Program-made: the position numbers and the translations under genes
Assembly: GCA_963575745.1 (NCBI GenBank)
Contig: CAUYUJ010000265.1
Location: forward strand, 1 to 64,000
From: Prorocentrum cordatum
Taxonomy: Eukaryota
DNA length: 64,000 nt
Reading direction: 5' to 3'
Shown here: in pieces, positions 40,676-54,589 of the stretch
How positions within the stretch are numbered: position 1 is the first letter of the stretch
How the letters are laid out: every line of letters begins with the position of its first letter
The notes under the pieces: model-generated
Seen by the model: the letters and a program-made list of their open reading frames with translations, nothing else
Told to the model about the DNA's origin: nothing
The model's database searches: none

Positions 40676-41194
40676 CTGCGACGGGGGGGGGGGGGAGATT
40701 GACCAGGATCGGCGAGGCTCGGGGAGGGAGTTCGAGGGAGGAAGGCCAGGAGGGCCAGGGGAGGAGGCGAGCGAGGGGGGAGGGGGGGGATCGAGGAGGA
40801 GTCGAGGAGGTCGGGTGAGGACCGATGAGAATCGAAGAGGATCGAAGAGGAGGGATCATCGAGGAAGAGGAGGAGGATGCAGGGAGAGGAGGAGCAGGAG
40901 GAGGAAGCAGGAGAAGGAGGAGGAGGAGGAGGAGGAGGAGGAGGAGGGGGAGGAGGAAGAGGAAGAGAGGGATCGAGGGGTCAGGAGGATCAGGAGGGTC
41001 ACGGCGCGGGGCCGTCGCGAACAGAGCAGGCGGCCCGCCCATGCGCAGGAGAAGAGACACGACGGGAGGAAGGCGGGTCCAGGATCAGATGGAGGAGGAT
41101 CGAGGACGAGGGAGGAGGAGCATCGAGGAGGAGGAGGACTGAGGAGGAACATCGAGGAGGAGGACTGAGGAGGAGGAAACTCGAGGAGGATCGA

Positions 41195-42070
41195 AGGGAC
41201 ACGAAGGGCAGCGAGGGGGCCACGAAGGGCTGCAAAGGGGCCACGAAGGGCAGCGAGGGGCCACGAAGGGCTGCAACGGCGCCACGAAGGGCAGCGAGGG
41301 GGAAACGAATTGCTACAACGGGGCCACGAAGGGCAGCGAGGGGCCAGAAAGGGCTGCAACGGGGCCACGAAAGGCAGCGAGGGGGCCACGAAGGGCTGCA
41401 ACGAGGCCACGAAACAAAGCGAGGGGGCCACAAAGGGCTGCAAAGGGGCCACGAAAGGCAGCGAGGGGGCCACGAAGGGCTGCAACGGGGCCACGAAGTG
41501 CAGCGAGGGGGCCACGAAGGGGTGCAACGGGGCCACGAAGGACAGCGAGGGGGCCATGAAGTGCTGCAACGGGGCCGCGAAGGGCAGCGAGATCCCGATT
41601 CCTAAATAAATCTGTGAGGGAGTACTAGGGAGTACTACGCGTGAGCGCGACTCCTAGGTGCCTGAGTGTCGGGAGCGTGGCGCTGGAGCAAATTGCGGGA
41701 AATTCCAACGCAAGGGCGCTATTCGTAAGTAAATTGCAAGCACGTCTCCAGCGAGAGCGCGACTCCAGAGCGCCGAGAGAGCGGTTCCTGAATAAATTGT
41801 AAGAAGGTCCCAAGCGAGAGCGCGATTCCTGAATAAAATGCGAGGAAGGCTCGGGCCGGAGCGGGGGTCCTGGCTAAATTGTGAGGAAGTCTAAGGCGGG
41901 AGCCGTTGTTGTTGCAACCCGGGGGCCAACAACACAGTTTGAAGAGGAAGACTTTCCCTTATAAAAAGCATGGTGCGAGCGCCGGGAGGGGCACTTCAAT
42001 TGAAAAAAATACGATGTGCACCGGAGAGGGAGATCAACAATCAGTACTCTGCAATAGCGAGAGCTCAACC
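41195..42070 (+). repeat. Module B partial copy (21-bp array plus 3' part)
   Basis: Homology to 24560-25300. Confidence 0.75.
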
Positions 42071-42759
42071 ACAAAACACACCTGATCCTCACCCCCCCTC
42101 TGGGGCGCCCCCGAACTGCGGAGCACGGCCCAGGGCCCCCCGTGCCCTGCCAGGCAGGACGGCGGACCCGCCTCGGAGAACGAAGCAGCCGCGAAGGGGG
42201 GGGGGGGGGGGGCAAAGGCCGCGGAGCGGGGCCCGCGCAGAGGGTCGGCGGATCGGGGCGGGTCCGGGAGCGGGGCCTGGACGCCCTGCGGCACCGATGC
42301 TGCGTGCCAGAGGGGGAGGGCCTGGACACGGCAGCTTCGTGCCGAGACGACCCTGGCATTGGCTCCTGTCACCGCGTGGATCGTTCGGCCTTGAAGGGGC
42401 GGCGTTTTCTGGACACCGGCGGCGTTCAAAGGTGTCAGAAAGGGAAGGAGCAGCAGCAGGAGGAAGGGGGGTAGGGAGGGGCAGGGCAACAGGAGGGGGG
42501 ATGAGGGGGAGAAGCAAGGAGAGAGCCCCCGGAGAGCAGGGGGGAGGAGCATCAGGAGGGAGGAGGGGGAGAAGCAAGGAGAGAGCCCGGGGAGAGGAGG
42601 GGGGGAAGGAGCAGCAGGAAGGGCAGGAGGAGGAGGAGGAGCAAAGGGCGAAGTAGGAGGTGGAAGAACGAGGAGGAAGATCTGGAGCAGCAGGGAAGCG
42701 GGATGGGGAGATGAGGAGGAGGGCAGCGACGAGACAGGAGGGAGGAAAAAGAAGGCCAC

Positions 42760-44120
42760 GATGCTCTTTCTGGCCAGCACCACGGGCCCCAGACTAAGGT
42801 GGGCCGGGCACTCCCGTATCAGCCGGAAGTGGCAGAAGCACCGCAGCCCGGAGTGCGCCAGCATCTTCGCGCACGCGCGCGCCTTCACACCTCCGGCGGT
42901 GAGCCGGGCGGCCGCCGGCGGCGGGCCGCTTGGGGCGGCGGGCCCCTGGGGCGCAGGCGTCGGCACAGCGGGCGGCGGGCCGCTTGGGGTGGCGGGCCGC
43001 TGGGGGGCGGGCGGCGGCACGGCGGGCGGCGGGCCGATCGGGGCGGCGGCCCGCTCAGGCGCGGGCGGCGGCACAGCCGGCGGCGGGCCGCTGGGGAGGC
43101 GGGGTGCGCCGTTCTCCTGGGCCGCAGCCTGCAGCCGCGCTGGCGACGGCGGGCTGCTCGAGGAGCTGGACTCGTCGCCAGACTCGTCGCCGGAGTCGTC
43201 GCTGTCGGACCCGTCGTGGCCAGACCCGTCGCCAGAGTCGTTGCCAGACTCGTCGCTGGCCTCGAGCGGGCCCAGAAGGCCCTGCACGTGCGTCCCGGCC
43301 ACCACACCAGGGGCGCCCGCGGGCGCGACCGCCGCGGCCTTGGGCGGGGGCACGGACTCCTGGGCCTCGCCACCGCCGCCCTGGGGCTTCGCGCCCGACT
43401 CGACGGCAGCCGCAGCCGCCGGGTCCACGGCAGCGGTCGACGGCGGCCTCGTCGATTGGGGCCTGGCCACGGAGGGCCAGCCGTCCGCGGCGGGCCCGGC
43501 GCCCAGGGCAGCGAGCTCCGCCACCAACTGCCGCTCCTGCTCCTTCAGCGCCAGGGCGGCGCCGAAGTCCTCGGCGTCCACGGCCGCGACCTTCTCCTGG
43601 CGCACCTCCGCCAGCCGAGCCTCCAGGCGCCGCCTCTGCTCGGCTCCTTCGCTGGCGGACGCAGGCATCCGAGCCCCGCTGGGCGGCGAGCCGGCGGGGC
43701 CAGCGGGCGGCGCAGTCACGAGCGCGGCGCCGACGGTGGCAGCATCCGCGCCGGATCCGTTGGCGGGGCCGCACAGCCTCGGTGAGCCTCGCGCCACGGC
43801 CTCCCCGCCAAGGGGGGCGGCCGCGGAGGGCTTAGCGCCAGGCCCGTCGCCAGAGTCGCGCGGGCTCGGCGGCCTCTGCACCGCGGCCTCCCCGCGGCCA
43901 AGGGCGGCCACAGGCGCCGCCTCGGCCACTGGTCTGGGCACCAGTGCAGAACACCGAACGCCAGGGTCTTTGTGATACCCTTGGGCCTTGCCGTCGCACA
44001 CATACCATGTGTCGTCTGGCCCTGCCTCTGCGGGGGTCGTAGCAAATGCGCCAGCCCATCGGGCCAGAGGCGTATCATGCTTGGGCGGCGCGGGGACAGA
44101 AAAGCGCTTTGCCCTAGCTG
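42760..44120 (-). CDS. Hypothetical protein, apparently one long exon: UVR-like motif, acidic Ser/Asp tract, Pro-rich repeats and C-terminal Cys/His cluster (CAKMLAHSGLRCFCHFRLIRECP)
   Basis: Non-repetitive part of ORF 42034..44358. RLEARLAEVRQEKVAAVDAEDFGAALALKEQERQL (about 43524-43634) resembles the UvrB/UvrC (UVR) motif. Boundaries are approximate. Confidence 0.55.
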
Positions 44121-44150
44121 TTGCTAACTGTTCCTGGCAACTGCTGGATC

Positions 44151-44200
<50 letters not shown>

Positions 44201-46006
44201 ATTACCTTGAGGCACGTTGGAGCCCCTCTTGGGGCCTCTTGGGCGGCCCAACGTGCCCGAGGCGTGCTAGATAGTGGACCAGCAAGGGGGCGGCAAGCGC
44301 CTTCCCTTGGGATCCCTCGAGGTCTCGTGGTGCCCTTGGAGGGGTCTTGCTCCTGCAACGGATCGGTCGCCTGGCTACCAGCTATCTTAGGGCTCTCTTG
44401 GATCTTGGACCGCCTTGATTCTGGATTGAATCGGTTCGACTTTATTTAACTTTCGGGGGCCTCCCCTGATGTTTGATTCCGGCAGGGTATACTCTCCAAG
44501 CGGCCCCTTGATTGGTAATTTCTTGTTTGACCCTTGACTAATGTTCTCGGCCTCCGTCAATCGAGAGCCTTGTGCTAACGGGAATCTGGAGGTGCAAGCA
44601 ACTTTCACTTCCGTCTCCTCGGCTATAGGCCGCCCTGCCGGGCCATGTATAGGATGCCGGCCTGGAGACGCGATGAGTACCTAGGCTGGCTTCTTTCTAA
44701 AGATTACCACTTCCTCCACTCTCGGCGGAAGGCGCCTAGGACAGTGGTACTCTGAAGTCAGCAACAGCAGAAGAACGCCTTGGAAACGACTTGGTGCTGT
44801 CTTGGATACCATCTGGGGCCCTCAGCTGGGGCCATCTTGAGGCCAGCTCGGGCGATTTGGGCCCTCTTCAAGCTTCTCTGGGCTTCTGGGCAATATTGGA
44901 AGCTCCTGGGGCGATAAATGTCATAAGAATAAAAATTACAGTGGAGGCCCTGCGCTAAACCATCACGAAGCCTGCTGAGATCAAACTGGCGCAATCTTAG
45001 GGCATCGTGCTCCGTCTTGGGAACGAGTCTGCCTGTCTTGAGTGCTTCTTGGAGCCCTTTGGGACTATGATGGTGGCCTCTCGACGACCCATCTGGCCAC
45101 ATTGAGCATTCTAGAGGCATCTGGGACCGACAAAGCCGACAACTTGGCCGAGCCAGGGCGTCGGTGGGACTCCTGGGCCGCGGTCATCGATGCCCCAAAA
45201 GGCTCCTCCTAATTGTATTGATCGCTTTGCTCAGGAAGCGGATCGCTCATGTATCGCTTCGCTCATCCTGTAGCCAGACAGTGTGGTTGCACTGCGTCTG
45301 CGCAAGAGAGCTGCCGCGCCCGAAGGTCGGCCGGAGAAACGAAGGGCCAACTTGGCCAAAGAGCGGCTCAAGCGAAGGGCGAGAGCGGGATTAGTGTATG
45401 TGGCAGGCCTCTTCGGGGAAAACTCTGCCTCCAAGATTGCCGCACGGACGTTCCTAAGAAGCCCCAAGATGCCACCAGAGTGCTCCAAGCGGTCCCAAGA
45501 TTGCCCCAGTACCCAGTATGGCTCAGAATGGCCTAAGGCAGCCAAGTAGGCTGAAAACATAAATCAACATGGCCGGAGACGCCCCACTCAGAGGTTCTCA
45601 AGGAGAACCAACACCATACAGGCTGATATCCTGTCAACATCCCCGAGGAAGAACTACCAATGTGTTGGCATCCTGGCCTGTGCGGGCTCCAGTGGGACTC
45701 TCAACTTCAAGAAGGCCACAAGAGTCCAAATTTTCCACGGGAGCCCAAGAGGGACCCGAAGAGGGCCCCAAGAAGCCCCAAGAGGTCCCAAGTTGGGCTC
45801 CGTTTTGTGCCCATGTGCCCAGGCGTCCAAGAGGCTCCTAAGAGGTTGCCAAGACAGCTCCAAGATGGCCAGGGGCAACTTGGCCTCATGGGCTCTGCTG
45901 GGGCGGCCTCGCGACCGTCGTTTGGGGGTGTCCCGGTCCCTCCCTCAGAGAACGCCATGGGCGGGCGGCGAACGCGGAGCGTGTCGAATAGTAGCTCTCC
46001 AGACTG

Positions 46007-46067
46007 CTTCAGGTATGCGAATCCGCGCTTGTCCCCATCCAACTTGCTGTCGATCTTCCACCGGGAC
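46007..46067 (-). CDS. Hypothetical gene B exon (SRWKIDSKLDGDKRGFAYLK..)
   Basis: AG|G acceptor in phase 2 gives RYLAFAKR|SRWKIDSKL. The 3' end is uncertain. Confidence 0.5.
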
Positions 46068-46267
46068 CTCTGCCGACAGAAATCCGCAGACCACCGCTTG
46101 CTCGGAGGTGGGACAAGGCTGCTGAGTCGTTTGACTGTCCCCTTCCCTCTTTGCCGAGGGCAGGAAATCCACCCCCATAAGAATCTCCCCGACACGCCAA
46201 GTCGCTTAGTAAACACACCCACAGAAGGAATCGAACAGGGCAGGGCTTTTTAGTACACGCCCAGGGC

Positions 46268-46323
46268 CGTTTCGCAAACGCCAGGTATCGGGTTGACTTC
46301 TCCCCAGAGGCCCGAGATCCCCT
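46268..46323 (-). CDS. Hypothetical gene B exon (..SGEKSTRYLAFAK)
   Basis: CG|GC donor in phase 2 fits the next exon. Acceptor position is uncertain (several AGs upstream). Confidence 0.5.
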
Positions 46324-46465
46324 CTGGAGGGTGCCGACGAGCTCGGCAGCGCGCATCCCGGGCCCTGGAGGCCCTCCAGGTGGCCCACACGAGCCCTGGA
46401 GGCCGAGTGGCATGGCGCAGGCCCCGAGGCTACAGGAACCTGGAGGCACGCCCTGGCCCGGCCGC

Positions 46466-46742
46466 CTCGTAGGCGTCGTGCTCGTTGACCAGCCCGGCGC
46501 GACGGACGTAGACCCCGTTGATGGAGGCGTTCTTCCTCTTCGGAGACCGGCCCTCCACCAGGAGCGAGCCCTCCAGCCGGCCCTGCGCCTGCAGCTCCCC
46601 CCTGGCCGCCTCCACCTGCGCGGCCGCCGCCGCCCTGGCCGCCTCCTCCCGCTCCCGCCGCCGCCGCCGGCACGCCGCCCCCGAGAGCCGCTTGGGCGCC
46701 GACTCCGCGGCCGAGGCGTGGTCGCCGAGGCGGCCCCGCTTC
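46466..46742 (-). CDS. Hypothetical gene B exon (KRGRLG...KRLSGAACRRRRREREE...LLVEGRSPKRKNASINGVYVRRAGLVNEHDAYE)
   Basis: Protein-like, GC3-rich reading; AG|G acceptor and GAG|GC donor. Confidence 0.65.
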
Positions 46743-46791
46743 CTCCGAGGAGGAGCAGGAGCGAGGGACTTGCTCGGGGGGGGGGTAGGGT

Positions 46792-46970
46792 GGAGGCCAG
46801 TCCGCAAGAAACCGTCGACAAGAAGCCCAACCCTGAGACCCCAGGACGTCCACCGAGCTTTTGTGTGGGAGCGTCGCGCCTTCCAGCACAAGACCATCGA
46901 AGCCCCAGGAAACCCAGGGCACCCTGGAGGCAGGCAGGGAGTTTCTTGGCATGGGCCTCCACTGCAGCAA
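46792..46970. repeat. Dispersed repeat of about 180 bp; second copy at 51288-51462
   Basis: Shared CAACCCTGAGACCCCAGGACGTCCA...AAACCCAGGGCACCCTGGAGGCA. Confidence 0.75.
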
Positions 46971-47536
46971 AGAAGTGGAGCGGACGATGGGCCCCCGAGG
47001 GGAACATCGCACGTTCCTCCGAAGGGGCGGCGGGGGGGGGCGGGGGCCACGCCCCGACTGAGGATGCGAGGGCGCTCGGGGGTCGAGGGTCCCCCCCCCC
47101 TCCGGGCCGTGGACCCTGATCGGGGCCCCACCAGAAACACGAGGGCGCCCCGGGACGACCAGTCCCGCCCAGAGAGAGCGTGCTCTCCGGTCAGGGGGGC
47201 CCCCCCAAAAAAACGGCGGCGGCCCCCGAGCCTCTCCTGGGGTGTGCTCCGACAAGAGTTTCGAGGCGGATCCCGACGCGGCCACGGGGGCGCCCCAGGA
47301 CGACCAGCAAACGCCCAGGGAGCGAGCACCTCGAACCTCTCGGGGGCGCGCAAACATGGATTAGCAATCCACGGACTCGGCGCGCGGTCGCCGAATCCAT
47401 GGATCGGGGCGGGCGACCCCTCCCCAAAATGCGGCCGCCGCTGCCCCGCTCGGCGGCGGAGATCCGCGATTCCCCATGGAAACGGGACCCGTCGCTGATC
47501 CACGCCCCCTTGATCCATGTTTGCGATCTCCTGAAC

Positions 47537-47580
47537 CTCGAAGCGCGGACCCCGGTGCCCTCGGCCAGTCCTCGCAGCAT
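47537..47580 (-). CDS. Hypothetical gene B, candidate first coding exon (MLRGLAEGTGVRAS)
   Basis: ATG at 47580 and AG|GT donor in phase 2, compatible with the exon starting at 46742. Confidence 0.35.
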
Positions 47581-47628
47581 CCGCCTCCTCGCCGGCCGCC
47601 CCGCACGCCTCTCGCTGGCACGCAAGGC

Positions 47629-47791
47629 TTAGGGGTCGGGCATGTCCTCCTAACGGCGGGTTTTGGAAGAGAAACCAAAACTGGTCAACCACAAAAAATC
47701 AGAAACAGTCGAAAATCCTGCCCACACTGTTTTAGATTTACTGTGTTTGAAGATTCCTCCTGGTTGAGAGGGGCATACCCGACCTAACCCT
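47629..47791. mobile_element. MITE family A, copy 3
   Basis: TTAGGGGTCGGGCATGTCC ... GGGCATACCCGACCTAACCCTG. Confidence 0.65.
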
Positions 47792-50062
47792 GGGCAAGAG
47801 TGGCCTCTGGTGCACGGCTTGCCGACCGCTGCATGCCATGCGCAGCGGCCCGCCCGGGCTCGGCCCCCCCCGCGCACCGAGAAGGCCGCGCACCGAGAAG
47901 GCCCCTCTGGCAGAGGGCCAATCCTGCTCCGGATGGCACCACGATCGGCGGTGGACAAACCTCCCTTTAGAAAACCACCCCTTTAGTGAAAACGTCCTGG
48001 GACCGAAACCGCCGGACATGGACCCGCAAAAACGACGGCCGCGGCGCCCTCTCGCGAACCGAAAACGGCCAACTCGCTACTCGACGTGTCAGGGTAGGCG
48101 GTCTATCAACCTCCGAGATGATCGCAGCACCCTTGGCAGACCAGAGCCGGATCGAACCGCAAGACCGGGTAGGATCGGAAAAAACGGATCGCATCGCCGG
48201 CGAGTCGTTCCGACTCGGACCGCCATCGGATCGCCGCGCCTGGCTCTGGCTGGCCCCGGCCGATGGCCGTGAATGCGAGGATGCCACGACATCGGACAGC
48301 CTAACCATCCAATCATTGAATTCAAATGTGTTCCAACTGTTTGAAACATGCTCTTGTTTGAAAAACATGTGTTTGACGTGTTTAAACCACGTTAAAAACA
48401 TTTTAGAGACACCTGGAACTTATTTGGCAACATGCTTCCTCTTCATTCCCAACTTCGCGCTTCGCGCTGCGCGAAGCGCGAAGTGCGAATAACTTCGCGC
48501 TCTCGCGCCGCCTCCTAGGGAAGACGAGGAGGATGAGGAGGAATCGGAGCCGAAGCACGAAACGCGAAGGGCGAATAACTTCGCGCCCTCGAGGGCGCCC
48601 TTGTTGATGGTCCTCCACAGCCGTTAACTCTCCCGCCGAATCGAATCAGATCGGCATCGCGGCCCAGCCAGCGAGCCGCGTCGCACCGAAGCGGGTCGTG
48701 CGCGGCCCTGCTCCTTGGGTTCGAGGATTGGGGCAGGGCTGAACCTAAACGGTGTTTTTCACTTTCGTATTGTTTTCGTTTTCCCTCGTTTTGTCTTCAA
48801 TCCGCCTTTGCCGCAAAACGAAGTCGAAACGAAAACGGCCCACGAAATCGCCAAAACACCGTTTAGGTTCAGCCCTGGATTGGGGGCGGGGGGGGGGCGA
48901 TGGGCGCGTGCCGTCGGGGGGAGGAGGAGTGGGGAGGTGGGGCTGGCAGGTTTGAAGCTCAAGGTTCTGGGCTAGGTAGGGGGGCGGGTGGGGGGCGGTG
49001 GGGAGAGGGAGGGCGGTGGGGGGTGGGCAGTGGGGGGGATTGGGGGTGGGGCGGTGGGGGGGAGGGGGATTGGGGAGGTGGGGCTGGCAGGTTCGAAGCT
49101 CAGGTCCTGGGCGAGGTGGGGGGGGGAAGGGAATTGTGGACGCGCGTTGAGGTGCGGTGAGGGGGGGGGGGGGGGCGCGCTCCGTCGGAAGGTTTGTCGC
49201 CCCCCCCCCCATTTTAATCACTGTGCCATCCAGAGTACGTTCGAGGCTGGGCGAACGGAGACCACATCAGCTCGAGATCGGTCCCTGGAACCCTCCCTGG
49301 GTCCAGACGCTCCAGTTTTCCGACCTGCGTCCAGCCGTGGCGACATGGGAGCCCCTCGACGGACAGTTCATCCTTGTATCAGTTCGCCCTCCTCTGATAA
49401 TCACTCGAAGAATCAAACACGGCATAAACACAACTTCTCGGAGGTCCGCGCGGATGTCTCGGATCGGCGATGGAACCCCCTCCCTGGCGAGCGGAGCGTG
49501 CCGGGGGCGGCGCTGGAGGCGCCGCCAGAGGGGCCCAGCGCCGATCTACGAAATCCGCGCGGACCTCCGAGAAATCGTGCTTATGAAAGTTGCTGTTGTT
49601 GTTCGATCTGATCCGCGTTGCCGCGCCTCGGGTCCCCGCTTGCCCGCCCGGGCCGCCAAATCGCCCGTGGGGGCGGCGGGAAGCGCGGGGGCGGCCAGCC
49701 CGCCGGGCAGCTGCAGAGAGCCCGCCAGACCCTCCCTGACAGGTCTCTGGCAGGTCGGAGGCGGCGGGCTTGGAGCTTGTTCGTGATTCTTAGCGATAAC
49801 AGACAAGCGCGTTCCCCTACTCGCAGAAATAACTGCTCGCCTGGATCCGCCGCGGACCTCCTCCTCCTCCTCCTCCTCCTCCTCCGCCTCCTCCTCCTCC
49901 CCCTCCTCCTCCTCCTCCGCCTCCTCCTCGTCCTCCTCCTCCTCCTCCTCCTCCTCCTCCTCCTCCTCCTCCTGATCCCCCTCCTCCCCTCCTCTTTCCT
50001 CCCCTCCTCCTCCCCCGCCACCTCCTCCTCCTCCTCCTCCTCCTCCTCCTCCTCCTGATCCC

Positions 50063-50096
<34 letters not shown>

Positions 50097-50304
50097 CTCC
50101 TCCTCCTCCTCCTCCTCCTCTACCTCTCCTCCTCCTCCAACTCCTCCTCCTCATCCTCCTCCTCCCTCCTCCTCCTCCTCCTCCACCTCCTCCCCTCCTC
50201 CTCCTCCTCCACCTCCTCCCCCTCCTCCTCCTCCTCCTCCTCCTCCTCCTCCTCCTCCTCCTCCAACTCCTCCCTCCTCCTCCTCCTCCTCCTCCTCCTC
50301 ATCA

Positions 50305-50353
<49 letters not shown>

Positions 50354-50377
50354 GCATCAGCATCATCATCATCATCA

Positions 50378-50416
<39 letters not shown>

Positions 50417-51219
50417 CCGCCTCCTCCCTCCTCCTCCTCCTCCTCCTCCTCCTCCTCTCCTCCTCCTCCCCCTCCTCCTCCTCCACCTCCTCCCACCTCC
50501 CCCCCCTCCTCCGCCTCCTCCTCCCCCGCCTCCTCCTCCTCCTCCTCCTCCTCCTCCGCCTCCTCCTCCTCCTCCTCCTCCTCCTCGAGTGGGGGGGGAA
50601 CTTCCCCCCCGCTCACGCCCGTGATCGCCAGAGGACAGGAAGCCTGCACCTGGGCGGCGAGCGAGCAGCACACTTGTTGGTCCGCAGCGGGGGGCGGGCG
50701 CCCGCGCGGGCCAGAACGGCCGGCGAGGCGCGCCGTGCAGGGGCACACTGGACGAGTGCAAAAGAAAGAGGGCGGCCGCGGAGGGGGATTGGCGGCGCGC
50801 GGAGGTGGGGTAGGGGCAGGGGGAAGGCCTCCTAGCAGGAGGCTGCTTGGTAGAAGGCGCCAGCCCTGCATCTACAGATGAGGCCCGCGCCTTCTAAGAA
50901 GCAGGGGTGCTTCTAAGAAGCCTTCCCCCCTCCACCTACTGGAGGCCTCCTAGATGGGGTCCGAGTAGACGGGGGATGGGGTCTGAGGATCGCGCCGCAT
51001 CCGCGATGCATCGTCGGCGACGTCGGCGATGCGGCGCGATCCTCCGACCCCATCTGCTCCGACCCCATCCAGGAGGCCTAGACCTGCCCCCCTTTGCGCG
51101 TGGCTGGGGGGAACGCGGGAGGCATCTGGCGCAGAAGGTCTTCGCCGCGAGGTGGGCGCGAGCGGCCTCCGGCACCGAAAGCCGGCGCACGGGAAGGTGG
51201 GCGGCCAGGGAACGAGCAG

Positions 51220-51253
<34 letters not shown>

Positions 51254-53297
51254 CACACACACACTTTTGCGTCGGCGGCTAGAGAGAGGAGGCCAGTCCA
51301 CAGCAAACCTACCACAAGAAACTCAACCCTGAGACCCCAGGACGTCCATTGATTCATGGTGTGGGAACGTCACGCTTTCCATCCTAAAGCCATCGAAACC
51401 CAAGAAACCCAGGGCACCCTGGAGGCAAGCAAGGTGTTTCTTGGCATGGGCCCCCACTGCAGGCAGAGGGTGACTGCGCTGGCGACGAGAGGCTTAAACG
51501 GGGATGCCGCGAGAGCGAATTGTGCCACCATGCAATGCAGGAGGAGGAGCGAGGAAGGACACGGCCGAAGGGAAACAGAGCAACACACACACGCACACAC
51601 CCAAACCTGCAGGGAGAAGGAATGGGGAAGGGCAAGGCGAGGAAGGAGAGAGATAGGTATGGGCGCGAGATGTCGAACCCCGAGGAAGGAGCTCCCCTTC
51701 GAGCGGGGACGCCCATCCGACAACACACACCCAGAGCCCCCGCCCCACCTCGAGAAATCTGGGCGCCGCACTGATATTAGGCGGCGCGCCCATGGGGGAA
51801 GTCAGAAGGGGCGAACCTTCTCAGAAGGCTCGGAGGTTCCCTGGCCTTCTGAGAAGTGTTCTACGCCTTCTCCGAAGACACAAAAAAACCTCTCAAAAGG
51901 CGCGAGGGCTTGTGAGAAGTCCCGCCGCCTTCTGAGAAGGCCTTCTCCTTCTCATTTCCCACCCTCGCTCGCCGCCTAGGTATGGGTGCCAGTCGGATTG
52001 TCAGGACTCAGCCCTGATCTCCTCTCGTTTCTCCCGCCTTGGGCGGGGGTAGTTCGGCGTTTTTCTGGCCCCTGGCGGTCGAGGCCTCTGGAGGCGCTTC
52101 GCTCTTTTTCGGGGTACGTCCTGGGGTGCTCTCTTGTGGTCGCGGCTGGACTCTCTTCGAGATTGTGGCCAGACTGCACCCCTGGACACATCCAGGAGAA
52201 GGCTCTTGACCCCCGAAGCCGGGCCTCGCGTCGTGGAGAACGGAAAAAAAATGACGGCGGAAAGTGCTTGACCCTCACCAGGCCCCAAGGTCGTCATGCA
52301 ACGACTCGGGACGAAGAACCGGTCACCGCGGAAAGAGGCCCACACTGCTGGGGAGCCACGCTGTGAAGCAGTCACGACGACGGATGTCTGGGCCTCTCTC
52401 CTGCCGCGCCGCTGATCGCTGCTCGCGGCCATCAGGGCTGGAACGCAGCCAGGGCCTGAGCAGGCCGATCCCGAAGCCTTGCCCGCCACTCCCGGCGTCC
52501 GGGGGCCGTTCCTGGGCCCCGAGGCCGTCAGGCGACGACCCGCGGGATCAAGGGCCTGCCACGGGGAAGGTCCTCCTCCTCCTCCTCCTCCTCCTCCTCC
52601 TCCTCCTCCTCCTCCTCCTCCTCATCCTCCTCCTCATCCTCCTCCTCTACCACCTCCTCCTACCTCCCAGCGCACCCCCTGTGGCGTCGAGGAAATGCCA
52701 CGCCTGCCACGCCCTGGGAGGGTCGGTGGCAGGAAGAGCTCAAGGTCGACGGAGGCGTGGCTGTGAGGTGCCCCAGCGCGCGTGAGGAGACGCCTGCCCC
52801 CCTCCAGCAGAGCCAGAGCCCCCTGAGAGAGCTCGCTGAGGCCACGGGAGGCCGCCTGGACAGGCAGGGGAGCCTCCTTGACGGCCCCAGGTGCCCCCAG
52901 GAGCCCCGAGAAGCGCACGAGGTGGCCGCAAGCAAGAAAGACACACGGCAGCAAGAAGCATCGACAAGAGAAGGCCTGAAGCTTGTTGTTGTGCTTTTCG
53001 GCTCCGAAGGCTTGTCGGCCCAAGATGGCAGCCAGAGGGCATCGGAAGGCGCTGCAGAGGCCCAAGGAGTGGCCAGAGAACTGCCCGAGGCCCGAGACGG
53101 TCCAGGGTGGCACAAAGATGGCCCCAAGACGACCCGAGAAGGCCTTCGAGGGGCTCCAAGGTGTCGCCAAGATGGCTGAAAACTCCCGCCGGAGTGCGCC
53201 AAGAGTGACCGAGGATCTGAGAGAGGCCCCAGAGGGCCGCAAGTTGCCCCAAGACGGCCCAAGAAGGCTCCCAGAGATCCCTCGGACAGTTCAATAA

Positions 53298-54520
<1,223 letters not shown>

Positions 54521-54589
54521 AGAGTGGCATATGGACAGCTATACACCTAGATCTACAATGATACCGGAGAAAAAGAACTATCAAAGTAT

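Noticed and set aside
44152..44200. PolyQ tract as part of the 774-aa protein
   Set aside because: This (CAG)n microsatellite abuts repeat-derived sequence, with no evidence that it lies within the real exon.
51110..51200. KTFCARC as the missing first CxxC exon of the metacaspase Zn finger
   Set aside because: No suitable in-phase G|G donor after the motif, and other predicted genes intervene.
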